Positions 1 through 12,914 of a stretch of 64,000 bases of DNA are shown here, one piece after another. Numbering within the stretch: position 1 is the first letter of the stretch; each line of letters begins with the position of its first letter. The position numbers and the translations under genes were made by a program. Location: the NCBI RefSeq assembly GCF_004010195.1, contig NC_057719.1:50581008-50645007 (forward strand), written 5' to 3'. Under the pieces are notes generated by a model. The model did no database searches and was not told where the DNA came from. It saw only the letters and a program-made list of their open reading frames with translations. The stretch comes from Chiloscyllium plagiosum (lineage: Eukaryota).

Positions 1-641
1 TGAACTCCTGAGTCTTCTGAACTGATACGTTGAATCTTCTGTTCTGAAGTCAAGATTAAATTAATGGCATTCTAGTCTATTAACTCAGTAATATAAAGAT
101 TTTATCCATTAACATGACAGGGGTTTTCCCAGGCACCTGACTTAAGTCACTGTACAAAATAACATTCTGACCTGTTTTTAAACAAAAGCCTTCACAGAAC
201 TAACCCACAACCATCTGCCTCTATTTTAAAACCTACATATTGGATACCTTTCACAACAGTGACAGGCATTATTTCTGACATAATCAAAAAAAATTGGTTG
301 GTGTGGATGCATTTCTCAATGATGGGACATGAAATGCCAAAGTCTATCCAGTTATGAAAAAAAGTTACTTCCGTGGTGTGCCAGTTCTTTTCTCAAATTC
401 TGCAATGAAGGTCCAATCAATTTTTATTTTAATATTTCTGCCTGTACTTGAAAGCACAGTTACTTTTGCCTAGTGTCAGCTTTAAATATTTCCCATGAGA
501 GAAATTTCACAAGCTCTCCACTGATTCTACCTCAACTAGGTAAATCAAATTTATAAAATCAAAATACATGAAATCTACATGTAAAAAAAGTGCTACAGGC
601 TGGCAGTAATCAAGTTCAACAGCCCATCAAAAATTCACTTG

Positions 642-925
642 GAGTCATGCAGCACGGAAACAGACCCATTGGTGTTACTCATCTGCGCTGACAAGAGATC
701 CCAATCTGACCAAGTCCCATTTGCCAGCATTTGACCCATATCTCTTTAAATGCTTCTTAATCATATCCTCATCCATCTCCCTGTTAAATTATGTAGTTGT
801 ACCCATCTCTGCCCCTTCCTCTGGCAGCTCATTGTACACACGCACCACCCTCTGTGTGAAAAAGTTGCCCCTTCGGTCCCTTTTAAATCTTTACCCTTTC
901 ATCTTAAATCTGTGCCCTCTAGTTT
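642..925 (-). mobile_element. CR1/HER1-type LINE 3' fragment
   Basis: Reverse complement of the CR1 3' end also seen at 21122-21698 and 48450-48748 (cagcacggaaacagaccc...ctctgtgtgaaaaagttgcccc...cctctagtt). Confidence 0.8.
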
Positions 926-3900
926 TTTGTAATTTCTGTATGTTTTATTGTTAAAGAACATCTGCAACATTGTGTGAATATGTTTGTGAGTAACTACCGC
1001 AGTAACAGCTACAAAAATAAACATATGATTTACCAAGCCAGATTTCTTTTTGGGATCTGACTTATCCAGTGTCAACATCAGCTGGGATCATAACAGCTGG
1101 GATCATAACAGCTGATTATCAGTTGCATGAGATCCAAATGGAGGTGAACACCTTGATGAAAATTCCTTCCAAGAATTGAGAATTAACATGCAAATTGTCT
1201 TAAAAACCTGAAGTAAAAGATATTGTAATGCCAGGTTAAGAAGCAAGGCAGAATCTTTAATAGAAATTAGTTTATTGTAGGTCTATCAAGACACAGTTGG
1301 TTCGCGAACTAAAATGGTCAATTTAACTGGTTTGTAGTTTTATGCAGTTTGTATGCCAAAGAATGATAAACTGTTTCATGAAAAAGGTATTCCATGATGA
1401 ACACAGCAGGGAAATAGTTTCATATTCACAGGTGAATACTATATTATTAAATCAGTTTTGGACTAAATCTCTTGCTGATTACACATTAAGGACTGGTTTC
1501 AGAATAATCAACTCATTTTAAATTAGGACCTTTCTCCTTGCACAATGAGGACACATCCATTACCAATTACTAAGAAGAATTTGAAAACTGTTTCTTGAGG
1601 TAAAACAATAGTCTCCTAAAGCACATTGTGCTCACATTTTGTGTCCTATTAAAAGTAAAAAAAAGTTTAAAAAATTCAGTTAGATCATTTTTGTGTTTAC
1701 ATTAAGGAACAGAAACAAAATGTTTCTATGCTTTATCATCACATCAAGCTTTCCAATAATGAGATAGCTATACATGTTTTGTTTTGACCTGAGTGTTTAA
1801 TTATTTACAACTGCTAAGGGGATTTTCAACATATCTGCCAAAATCCTGTTGACTGTATGATTTAAAAAGAATCCTATTACAGCTACAAACAACTGTTAAA
1901 ATTCGTTGGGGTGAACAGAGGTGAACATGTGTGCATTTATTATTCCTATCTTCCCCATATCAGCATTACTATGATTATCTGTTATACTAGATAGGAAATG
2001 AAGACTGATGGATATCTTTAATCCTTATGTAAAGCATCGATTTTCAATGCAAAGAAACAGTGGAAAGGAAGGGAGCATACCTGGTCAATAATTTTGGGCT
2101 CTTAAAGGGACATTGTTAATGAACCACTTGCTAAAAGTAAATGTTATTTTGGAACAGAAAGTATGACGAAGGGAAAAAAACGAATAACTGGTTTTGGCAT
2201 TTACGATGTTTATTAAAGAGGATTGCGCAGCTGTATTTACTTGGTCTCGCAAATTTTCTTTCACGTCGTGTTCTTAGGGTGTTGAACAAGGTGGTCAAAG
2301 GGTAATACGAGAAAACCTAGTGTAATTGCCTCGCTAGCATTCAGTAGATGATCAATCCTGGGGACTCGAGAGTGGACGCTTCCAAATAATGACTACTTTA
2401 AAAATTACATGCTGTTTAAATAAGTCCTAAGATATCGTTATTTCAGATAAAATAAAGTGGTTGCCCTCTGCCTTCGTGGGGAGAGGGGGCTAGAATGTTC
2501 ATTGGTAAATTTACATTAAGTGTATCACATGAAAAGCTCAGTTGGTACAATTCAATGCCTTTTTCAGTTCTGCACCGTGAATTGCAGAGCATGTTCTTTT
2601 TTAAAAAAAAAAGAGTGGGCACATATGATTGGCGAAATGATACCATGCGTCGATAGAATGCTTAAGTCTGTTGAGTCAAGATCCTTTGAAATGGATTTTC
2701 TATATTGTTACATGGTTGGGAACAGAGAAACAAACAGTTCACCTCTTAGTTTATTAACCCCTTTAAAAATAATATAACGCTGCATGGTAGTCGCACGTTT
2801 TCAACCTTTTAAAAAATATTTGCTTGGCACTGATGAATCGTTTTCAGGGTCCAAATTCCAGTTGCACTATTCAGATGCTTAAATACTGCAGTTTTGATAT
2901 TTAAACAATTTTCCCTTTTGTCAGCTTTTAGCGTTAGGTACTTACATTAAAAAAAACTCTAGTGAAGTTGTGTTTACCCTGGTAAAAATATCGAGTACCC
3001 CCTCCCCCCGGGAATGGAATCTGAGAGCAACACGGATCATTTCTTTTCATGCAAGTCGCGGTGGGGGAAGGGTGTATTGAGATTTAAGTTCGACTTTAGA
3101 ATACACACGTTCGACTTTAGAATGAATGATGAAACTTTTAATTTTTTCATTTAAAATAATTCTGAAAAAAAATGTAATATACAACTTAGTAACAGTGTTC
3201 ACGGAATTGCATTACGTTGAAGGGCAATTAGATATATTTTACATTTTTTTTCCAATTGACTTTCTTTCAGCTCACTTTTAAATTACCTACAGCCATTACA
3301 AGTTCGAGTTAAATTAAACAGTAACCAAGTAGTTATTTATTTTATAGTGCTGACGTAGCTTTCGAACTTGATGGCCCACATCCATATTAATAATTAAACC
3401 ATAGTGGAAAAACAAGCAGCACCTCCCTCACCTCGGGGCACGCACGATCGGGTAACTACTTTCATGAAAAGTAAATAGAAGCGTTCATTGGGAGGGAGCT
3501 TATGGTTTTTGATTGAAGTTTACACGCACAAAATTGCACAACAGGAAACGAACACTAGGTTGGTTACATGTGGGTGGAAATTGCATAATTGGCTAGATAT
3601 TTGCTGGTATTTTAACCTATGAAATTATTTTATACTTTTCTGACGTTATGATGACTCGATTTTACAATTTTCCCATCAATCCTCGCTGAAACCGCTCTTA
3701 AATCGGGACTAGCTTTACTTCCAAATTGCTGTGATTGTCGTATTAAAAACAGAACCTTTACATTAGTATGGCGTCGGTTTTAAATGTACATGCACTTGGT
3801 ATCGAGTATATTCCTACCATTAAAATGGGAGTCTACAAAATAGTCGAGCTGCTTCAGTGCAGAATTAGCAGCGCGACTGAAATGTATGCTCACTTTGAGT

Positions 3901-3959
3901 GACTTGGTGCAAAACGCTGGGGAGTTGCGACATTCTGAAGGGAACTGAAATAGAACATG

Positions 3960-4010
3960 CCCTGACGTCATGGGGCGGAACTCGAGCTGCAGCTGGGGGG
4001 CGGGGGAAAA
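3960..4010. promoter_or_regulatory. Distal CRE plus GC-box cluster about 1 kb upstream of the IRF2BPL ATG
   Basis: Full palindromic CRE TGACGTCA at 3963-3970, followed by GGGGCGG and GGGGGGCGGGGG Sp/KLF boxes, within CpG-containing sequence. Confidence 0.5.
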
Positions 4011-4719
4011 CCTAGACTGATTTAACATACTGTATAAAATGCTTACTTAAATAAGTAACTACTTTCTATTGTCAAGTGTTGAGGTTTTAAGATGGTTAAA
4101 GGAATTCCTATTATCGTAGTTTTGTTTCTCGTCATTGTAACTGGGTGAAGTACTAAAAAGCTAGTTGTTCAACAATGTTATTTAATTTCTATTTGGCTCT
4201 GACTGGTGTATTGGAATTTCGTTGTTTAAATTTAGTCTGGAATTTTACATTTGTATACCAATTGTACTGGTAACTAATTTTGCTTTTGAGCTTAACTTTC
4301 GTCGTTAACATTTAGAATTACCACAGACCTATCCTAATGAGTATTCCCGCAATGTATTCTGGTAACCGAATTGTTACAATGGAAAGTTAAAACATTTTTT
4401 GGGGTCAGGAACCAGAAAAGTTTCAATCCAAATACGACTGTAATGTGTATAAAATTGCTTGGTGTTTTCGAGTAAATCATGTGCACGATGATCCGACTTC
4501 TCTTATGGAGAGGGGGAGTGAGACTGGGCTGTGTGCTCCTCAGAAATGCCTTTGGTTTGCTTGCTCGATAGGGGCAAACTCCAGTGTTTGTTTCTTTATA
4601 TACTACTGTACATAACCGATTTGTTTTGATTATATATGCATATAAAAATAGTTAAGAATAAAGTATATTTTTGAAACTAAAAAGAATGTAATCTGCCTCT
4701 ACCAGCCACATGCTTCGGA

Positions 4720-4810
4720 AGGTGGGGGAGGGGGGGAGTGAGGCTGCGCTTGCGCGTTAGCTGCCTTGTGGCTGCAGAGCGGCGGCTGACGTCACGTGGT
4801 GCTCGGAGGA
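4720..4810 (+). promoter_or_regulatory. Putative IRF2BPL proximal promoter (NRF1-like site, overlapping CRE/E-box)
   Basis: G-rich tract at 4720-4740, TGCGCTTGCGC at 4745-4755, and TGACGTCA (4787-4794) overlapping GTCACGTG (4791-4798), at the sharp AT-to-GC transition. Confidence 0.6.
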
Positions 4811-6620
4811 GCTGGGTGGCGCGGCCGGGAGGAGAGGAGAAAGCAGACAGAAGAGCAGGAGAAAGGCAAAGAAAGCGAGGGAGCCTAGGCCTGGCCACAA
4901 TACCATACTCAAGGGCCACCGCGGAGAGACCCAGAAAACACTCAAATCTCAACATCTTCCGCATCATGTCCGCTGCACAGGTGTCTTCGTCCCGGAGACA
5001 GTCGTGTTATCTCTGCGATCTGCCTCGCATGCCGTGGGCCATGATCTGGGATTTTACCGAGCCCGTCTGTCGTGGCTGCGTCAATTACGAAGGGGCCGAT
5101 CGCATCGAGTTTGTTATCGAGACGGCGCGCCAACTGAAGCGGGCTCACGGTTTCCAGGAGGGCCGCTCGCCGGGGCCGCCTCCTGTCAAAGTGCAGTCCT
5201 TGGGTGGCAGCAAAGAGGCGGCTCAGCAGCTCAACCACGTCGACGGCTCGTCCAAGGGGCCCCAGCCGCCTCTCGATCGCTATTCCCTGAGTGAGAGACC
5301 CCGCTTCGAGTACCCGAGCCTCGCCCATGCTGGCAGGCTTCCCAATGGCCTGAATGGACCCAATGGCTTCCCCAAACCCGAGGACATTCCGCCAGAACTC
5401 AACCGCCAGAGTCCCAATTCATCACGAAGAAACCATGGCATCGTGCCCCCGAGCCCAGTCACAGTGCCGCCCAATTTGTTGCCACAGACCACTTTAAATG
5501 GTCCGTCCGCAGGAGCCCTGGGCCCACACGGGCTGCTCGGTCGGCCGTCTCCTTCTGGCAGCCTGGCTGGCACATCGGTGACGGTCAGCAGCCAGGTCCT
5601 GAGCGATGTAAACAAACGGCCGGGCTCAGTGTCCAGCAGTGACCAAGAGAGGGAACTCAAGGAGAAACAGAGAAATGCCGAGACCCTGGCCGAGCTCGGC
5701 GAGAGCTTGAGAAACCGCTCTGAGGACTGGGTCAACAAGCCCAAGATCGTGCGGGAGACGCTGCTCACCCTGTCCAACTGCAACCCCTTCGATGTGCGCT
5801 TTAAGAAGGATCACTCCCTACTGGGCAGGGTATTCGCCTTCGACGCCGTCTCTAAGCCCGGGATGGACTTCGAGTTGAAGATTTTTATTGAGTATCCGAG
5901 CGGTTCGGCCAATGTCTTCTCCAGCGCCTCGGGAGTTGCCAAGCAGATGTACCAGGACTGCATGAAGGATTTCAGCAGAGGCCTATCGTCTGGCTTCAAG
6001 TACTTAGAGTATGAGAAGAAACATGGCTCGGGAGACTGGCGCTTGCTGGGTGACCTGCTGCCCGAATCAGTGCGTTTCTTTAAGGAGGTGGTGGGGGCCG
6101 ACATGCTGCCGCAGCCCCATATAGACGCCAATTGCCCCATCTTACCCACAGCCCTGTGCAATATACCCCGGCCCCCGCCCAACACCTCAAGAACTGGGAT
6201 GCGCAAACGGAAAGCGTCTCCTGAACCCGATTCTGAAACAAGCAGCGTAAAGCTGGAAGAGCGGCAGCAGCAGTGGCTGTCCAACCAAAATGAAGCCTTA
6301 AAGCTTACGATGGCGGCATCGGGCAGTTTTGGCTCAGGCAGTGTGGCGCACGGGGGTTCCGCTCTGCCACCCAATCGGACCACCCCTCCCGAATGCAGCG
6401 CCCAAAATGGCCAGTCGCCCATGGCTGCCCTCATGTCCGTGGCTGACACCCTTGGAAATGCCCACTCTCCAAAGGACAGCAGCAATTCGGTCCATTCGAC
6501 CACAAGTACCAGCACTAGGAGGAACAGCAACAGTCCGGTGTCCCCTGCCTCGGGTGGTGGCCAGCGTCGGATGGTTTCCAGAAACGGGGATGCTGCTCTG
6601 TCCGTTGCGCCACCTAACAG
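4740..6620. other. CpG island over the IRF2BPL promoter and CDS
   Basis: Visibly GC-rich and CpG-dense compared with the CpG-poor, AT-rich remainder of the window; not computed. Confidence 0.7.
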
Positions 6621-6948
6621 CCATCCCAACCCCAGCATGGACCCCGTTCATCCCCCAAACATTCCAGACTCACCGATGGCCAACAACGGGCCCCTGTGCT
6701 GCACCATTTGTCATGAACGTTTGGAGGATACTCACTTTGTGCAATGCCCATCAGTGCCCAATCATAAATTCTGTTTCCCATGTTCTCGGGAAAGCATCAA
6801 GGCGCAAGGGGCGAATGGAGAAGTTTATTGCCCCAGTGGAGAAAAATGCCCTTTAGTAGGTTCAAATGTCCCTTGGGCATTCATGCAAGGAGAGATTGCT
6901 ACAATCTTAGCAGGGGACGTTAAGGTCAAAAAAGAAAGAGACCCATAA
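4966..6948 (+). CDS. IRF2BPL: Interferon regulatory factor 2-binding protein-like (EAP1), single exon, 660 aa; N-terminal C4 zinc finger and C-terminal C3HC4 RING
   Basis: Starts [30 protein letters not shown] (ATG with A at -3). Contains the IRF2BPL-specific LNHVDGSSK and [25 protein letters not shown] motifs, the central [10 protein letters not shown]...[18 protein letters not shown] domain and the [12 protein letters not shown]. Ends [36 protein letters not shown]...VKKERDP. Confidence 0.97.
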   Translation: MSAAQVSSSRRQSCYLCDLPRMPWAMIWDFTEPVCRGCVNYEGADRIEFVIETARQLKRAHGFQEGRSPGPPPVKVQSLGGSKEAAQQLNHVDGSSKGPQPPLDRYSLSERPRFEYPSLAHAGRLPNGLNGPNGFPKPEDIPPELNRQSPNSSRRNHGIVPPSPVTVPPNLLPQTTLNGPSAGALGPHGLLGRPSPSGSLAGTSVTVSSQVLSDVNKRPGSVSSSDQERELKEKQRNAETLAELGESLRNRSEDWVNKPKIVRETLLTLSNCNPFDVRFKKDHSLLGRVFAFDAVSKPGMDFELKIFIEYPSGSANVFSSASGVAKQMYQDCMKDFSRGLSSGFKYLEYEKKHGSGDWRLLGDLLPESVRFFKEVVGADMLPQPHIDANCPILPTALCNIPRPPPNTSRTGMRKRKASPEPDSETSSVKLEERQQQWLSNQNEALKLTMAASGSFGSGSVAHGGSALPPNRTTPPECSAQNGQSPMAALMSVADTLGNAHSPKDSSNSVHSTTSTSTRRNSNSPVSPASGGGQRRMVSRNGDAALSVAPPNSHPNPSMDPVHPPNIPDSPMANNGPLCCTICHERLEDTHFVQCPSVPNHKFCFPCSRESIKAQGANGEVYCPSGEKCPLVGSNVPWAFMQGEIATILAGDVKVKKERDP

Positions 6949-7600
6949 TTTCTTAACTTCAGTAATTGAAGTAAAATGTGAATAAGAACTAAAAAAAGTT
7001 AGTCTTATGTATAGACATTTTTCATTTCCGTCGTATGTTTCTATATTTTGAAACAAGGTATGTACTCTTCTTCATTTGAAGGATGAACCTGTTTTTGTTT
7101 AAAGAATATCAGATATTATTGCTTAATACTGTTTTCACTTATGGCAGTGTGTTGGCTAGGTACAGAGCATAGCACTTAGCAATTAACGCTGCTGGTGTGT
7201 TTTTGTAAATGTATGCACTTCGCTGAATTGCCAAGGCCAGTGTTGACGTCTGCAGAAATGCAAACAAATTGTTACAAAGAATGGTTACAGTTAGCTATGT
7301 TACAAGCCCTGGAGGTAATCTCCTACAAAGTGACTTTTTTTTAAAAAGGTGAGGGGTTCTTTTTATTAGTTTCCAAGGGCAAAATATTTCATTTTATGAT
7401 CCAGTGACCTGAATTTTTTTATAATGTGTTCTTTTGCTTTATGGATGCACGAATGCTTTAAATAGTAGAGCAAAATGCTGTACTGTATATGACAAAACTG
7501 CTCTGTTTGTTCTTTATACATTTCTGTAGTAACAGAAGACTGTAATGTGCCTTGGAACTGAATAAATTGTAATAAATTCGATGAATAAGCTCCCTGACTA
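6949..7600 (+). other. Probable IRF2BPL 3' UTR with tandem poly(A) signals
   Basis: AT-rich, repeat-free sequence after the stop codon; AATAAA at 7561-7566 and 7571-7576, with further ones at 7721 and 7797. The true 3' end cannot be fixed from sequence alone. Confidence 0.55.
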
Positions 7601-10600
7601 GTCAATTTCTTTACAGATCGTAAGAAATGTGAACAAATTGGATGTGGATACTTAAGAGAAAATGGTTGCTTTATCTTCAAAGCTACATTAATCTTTGTCA
7701 GAGAGTCATTTTTATTATTAAATAAATACTATCTCTGCAATATTTACTTGGCAAAGAGCCACATGTTTTGAAATCACCTGAATGCTTATCTTCAAAAATA
7801 AACTGCTGATTCAGGCTTTTCCATTCACTTTTTTAAAAACTTTACCAAATCCTGATGAGTTCCGCTGAAACAAAATATGAAATCATTGTTCTGAGGTTAA
7901 AGGCACTTTAAAGTGTTTGAATGTTACTGTGTGAAATAATAATAATTAACTGTAGTGGTCCTGCTAATTTTAACAAGTTTGAACACAGATGGTAGACCAA
8001 AAAATCATCTGTTTGTTCTGATAAAGTAGGGGTAGTAGTACCAGGTCAGGGAACTGTATTCTGTGCAACATATTCCTGGACTGAATTAAATTAGTTTTAA
8101 ATTTTAGTTCTTCAAATCATATGCACTTTAAAGCAGTATGTTCAATATTTATCATTAATGTTCAAAATATTTTTGAGATATACTATTTCGTTGCCTTTTG
8201 AAAGTTTTTTTGTGTTACATGTTAGCAACAATTGCACTGTTGGTAGTTTGGCCTAATGGATAACCATCATGAGTTGTGCTTCCACAGTATTTTAAAAAAA
8301 GACCTTGATGCAGTGTACACTGCAACTGGACTGCTACAGTTAATCATTTCTTAGTGTGCACAGTTGAGCAATGCACTTTCCCTGAGCATTGAAATCATTG
8401 AAATAATAATTTCTGGCTATTAAAATATTAACAAAGTAAATGAAGAACTTTGTGTGAACTTTGACTTAATTAACTGGAAATCTAGTGGGACACTTATGTT
8501 TGCTTCAAATCTTTACAGCATATTCCGAAGTCAGGTGTGTATATATCACTTCAAATGAGAAGAATATGTGATGAGAACTGAAATATATTGTTGGATTTTT
8601 TAAAAAAAATCAAGCTCACTACAAATGTTTTATCCATAAATTATCAGACCACCTGGACTTTAACATGGCAATTTCACAGTGGTATTAATAGTCCATGACT
8701 TTAATGTTGCTGCTAAGTGGCATATATTATGTAAGTGATTAACAGCACAAAATCAAGTTCCCTAATTTGATAGCTGATGTTATTTTCAAAGAATAATTGA
8801 ACCTTATTTGATCTTTTATCAATGGTTTGTGCTTTCAAGTTCCAGACTATTTTGTTTATACAGCTGTTCTTCTTCTGTTGATTTTGATTCTGAAAGTACA
8901 AAGTCAGAATTTATTTTTATATTTTAATTACAAGGATTTTAAATAGCTATTGTTGATGTTCGGGAAAGCATTTTGCTCATAACCTTGATCTTGGCCTTCA
9001 TGCAAAATTACATGTTCTCAAGCATGATCGAGGTAATAAGTTGTTGTAAACTTCTAAACAACCATGTGCCTAAATAATTTATCAATTGATGGCCATTTTT
9101 ATACTGGTTTTCCACATTTCCTGCGAATTGTTAGTTGATCAGATACATCCAGAATGGGTGACACCTGTCTGTTTTCATCATTGCCAGTGCTAAACCTGAA
9201 CCTTTCACTTTGATATTTAGAAGATCGTTTGAAATTGGTCTTTCCAGTTTTCTAATGTTTTGACTGCACATCTAGTTGAGCGTGTTCTTGATTAAACTGA
9301 TGTTTGCAGTTTTAGATAATAATTCCAAGTTGAAATGATACGTTAGTTTTTTGTTTTAATTTAAAGAATATTTTGTATAGATCTATGTTTAATCATTTGT
9401 TGTCGATTTCACATTTATCATTGTAGAATGCAATTTCCATTGTATTTCAAATAAGTCTCGTACAACAAGGAAAAAAACACGCATTACACAGCATAAACTG
9501 AGCAATGAAGTTTCAAACAAATAATGTCAGAGTAATAAAATCACTAAAACAAACTGTGGAATATGAAGATGTATAGAAAGATAGGGTCTGATAGCAAATT
9601 ACATAATGGAGTACAGAGTGAAAATTTTGATTGTTTATTTGTGCAATATAATTTGTATATTTAATGCACTATGGTGCTATGTGCAAGTGTAAAACTATTC
9701 TCAATGTTTGAAAAAAAGAATGAAAGAAATAGGCCAATTCTCAGCAAATAGGGTTGCTGGGAAAAGTTGAAGACAAAATCAACAGTGAAGGTGGAATTAT
9801 GGTGCAATAAGGAAAACCAGAATATGTTTAGGTATTACGTTGTAGAGGTTGTTTTAAAAAAATCATGTTTTTCATACCAGTCCGATGGAGGGCAACATTT
9901 TCAGATCTGAAGTATTTCTGGGTCTGGCCCAATGCTTTTAGGAGTAGAAAATAATGGGTAAGGTTTTAAATATTGCAAAGATGGATGTTGTGACAACCAC
10001 ACTAGACGTTGTTCATCATTATAAAATACAGGAAGTAAAATTGATTTAAGCTCCGGTTCTAAATCGATGTAAGATGATCATCAAAACTCAAAAGTTCACA
10101 TAGAGAATACTATGTAATGCTTGTGTTCATTACAACATAAGATGGATCAGTTGATTAGAAACATTAATTTCTCTTGAAACTAACATGTAACGTATCAAGG
10201 TAAACATATATTGAGTACAAAGAGGTAACGACATATGTCTGCAGTTCCTTAATGGAACATGTGAGTGTATCATTTATGTCAGAAATCCGCATTCAACACA
10301 GTCTTTTAGGAAGTTTGTACTTTTCAGACTTAATCAACACTAATGCTTAAGAGTCATGAGAAGATTATCTAGTTGCTCTTTGTATGTATACCCAAATTAA
10401 AAGTTTCAACTTTGCTTTATGGCCTTAAAGAACTCTTGACTTGTTTTGACATCTAATGAAATCATTTTGTGAACAAGCTAAATGTGCTGTGGTTGCTGTT
10501 AGTTCTTATTTACACTTGAAATTACTTAGTTGGAAATGCCCAGAAACAAATTATTCAAAAACAATAGAACACATCGGAGAAAAGGTTCAGTTCGTGTTCC

Positions 10601-12099
10601 GTTTGAAAATTCAAGAATTACCCCTGTTGTCAGTTGTTCACTTCAATGAAATTAACCGCATGTGTTTGACATGTTGAAAAATTGCTTAGTCTGAGTAATA
10701 GTTGCTACTTGAATACTGCGTGTCTTGAGGTAAATTTTTCTGCAGTCCAATAAGTTAAATATGATCATATAAATGTGCAGAATATTCCTATTTGTCTATG
10801 TTTTGCATTGCTAAGTTATCATTCTGTCGTAATTCTCATGTATATTCCCTTTCCTACTGTCGAATTCCTAATTTTAACAGAGCTCAACGTACAGCTTTAT
10901 AGAACATAGTTTAAATATTTGTATCATGCATGCCATTGGTGGAACTGGAACACAAACAGTTTTATAAAACTGTTCAGAAAGCAAATGCAAAAGGAGATTG
11001 ATGCCCCTATAAGGGGCCCCCTTTTTAATATAAAATACCAGCTAATTTATGTATTTAATACCTTTGGCTCTTGAACAATTTCCTTATAGAAATCCATCTG
11101 TAAAAGACTGTTTGTAGTTCCAAGCTAACTAAGTTTGTAATGCACTTGTTGATGTCGTAGTATCTTGAGGCAGTGTTTGCCAAGCAGAATGGATTGAGGT
11201 AGGTGTACTTGTGATTAATTTATTTATTGAACTTTGTCAGTTCAGAGTTGTTTAGCAAGGGACTTTAAAAAAGTAGTAAATTAAACAAACTGCTGAATAA
11301 AGTATTCTCCTAAAGACAGCTTTTCCTTTAATCCTGTTACTTCTGCTACTCGGTGTACATGTTACAAATGTAAAGCCCTTGTGTCTGTAACTTTAAATAA
11401 ATGTACCTCAGAAATTGTGTTCTGGATTTTTTTTATATAAATGATGCTCAGCTAGCAAACAATAGTGAAGGACACCTTCCCTCTGGGACGAACACTAAAA
11501 TCTTAAATCTAAATGTTTAACATTCTAATTGTTGATATACCTTGCTACTTTAATCCAAGTACTTTGGCTAATCTTTGTAATATTAATGATTTGGTTCATT
11601 CAAAATGAAAGTCTGAAATATCTTGGACTAATGCACACTTTCTCCAAGTGAAATAATTTGTCACTTTTTATATTTTAAACGTAATGAAATTTCACCCTTA
11701 CACTTATTTATCCTATATTTGTTTTGATTTCATGGTGCCTCTTTATCGTGGATGGCTTGACTAAGTAAGAGACACCTGCTGATGAAATTCCATTTCTGCC
11801 AAAGGCTTTTTGGTGCCCTTTTATAAGCATTTTTCTACATTGTCTCAATCAGCAGGGCTACATTTTCACTGCTTAGATCTGTTTCACAGTTCAGGTGTAA
11901 ATGGCCACTTGCTTTTTCAAATACTTGGTAAGACGCCAGTGAAACTAGCTAACTGAAGAGCGGTCAGGTAGGCACTTTGATGTAAGACATTCCTTTAATT
12001 CCTTAACTGAGAATGAATCGTGAAGTGAAGAAAAGGGGAGACACTTATGATGTAGATTAGAATTTTGCATGACTTATATTTATAATTTATGACTTTTAT

Positions 12100-12350
12100 C
12101 ACAGTCTAAGGATACAAGGTAGGCCACTTTGGATTGTGCTTAAAAAAAAATCACCTAGAGTGGTGAGCCTGTGGAAATCTCTGCCACAGAAAGCAGTTGA
12201 GTCTAAAAAAATTAATGTTTTCAAGAAAAAGTCAGATATAGTTCTTTTCCTTTTTAGACATAATATTTAAGGTTAAAAGGATCAATAGGTGTGAGGTGAA
12301 AGTGGGAGCAGGCTTGAAGGATTGAAAGCCAAACTTCTATTTTCTATGTT
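12100..12350 (+). mobile_element. Old CR1-type LINE 3' fragment
   Basis: cacagtctaaggata...agagtggtgagcctgtggaaatctctgccacagaaagcagttgag, matching the CR1 ORF2 C-terminal RVV.LWN.LP motif. Confidence 0.65.
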
Positions 12351-12914
12351 TTTATTTAGGAAGTTCTAGTGCAATTGCAGTAATTAAAGTAAATCCTGAT
12401 GTAATGTTGATGAATTTAATTGAAGAATGTATGTTTGCCAAATGCACAACATAATTCCAGTGATCAAATTATATGCCAGAGAATACTAGCTACAAAGATT
12501 TAAAATGTGAAGAAGTTGTCAAATTTATTTGTCATATTTCATAAAATTAGCATCTTTTAATGAAATGTTGCAATCAAGAAGTCATTTGGTGTACACAAGC
12601 TACTTCAGCTTGTTCATTTGTTTATAATTTTACATCTACTATTGCAATGCAGAACTTTTTTAAAATAAATGAGTTCCTAAAGTCATGTTGTCAAATGTTT
12701 AACAATGTTCGATTGAGAATTCTCAATGAAATTTGTTGACTCGATTCCCTGCAATGCGTAGCCCATTCAACAAAATATATCCTTATATTTTTGTAGGATT
12801 CTAAAAGGCAATATTGAAATAGTGTGCTTTCTCAGGCATTCTACATTTAAAAATCATAGATGCCAACACTATACAATCGTTTTGCGTGGGTAATCTACTT
12901 GTAAGATGAGTAGT

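Noticed and set aside
4738..4965. 76-aa N-terminal extension of IRF2BPL from a GTG start in the ORF track
   Set aside because: It overlaps promoter motifs and has no family similarity. The conserved protein starts at ATG 4966 ([17 protein letters not shown]).
4677..6856. Long antisense and alternate-frame ORFs over IRF2BPL (e.g. 5811-6638 minus, 275 aa)
   Set aside because: Expected shadows of a GC-rich CDS; no recognisable domains.
7840..7902. CTGATGA...GAAACAA...TTGTTCTGA resembling a hammerhead or C/D-box snoRNA downstream of IRF2BPL
   Set aside because: Stem II and proximal stem I do not pair properly for a hammerhead. It is too short, lacks RTGATGA and lacks proper terminal-stem spacing for a snoRNA. 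An Infernal or snoscan run would settle it.
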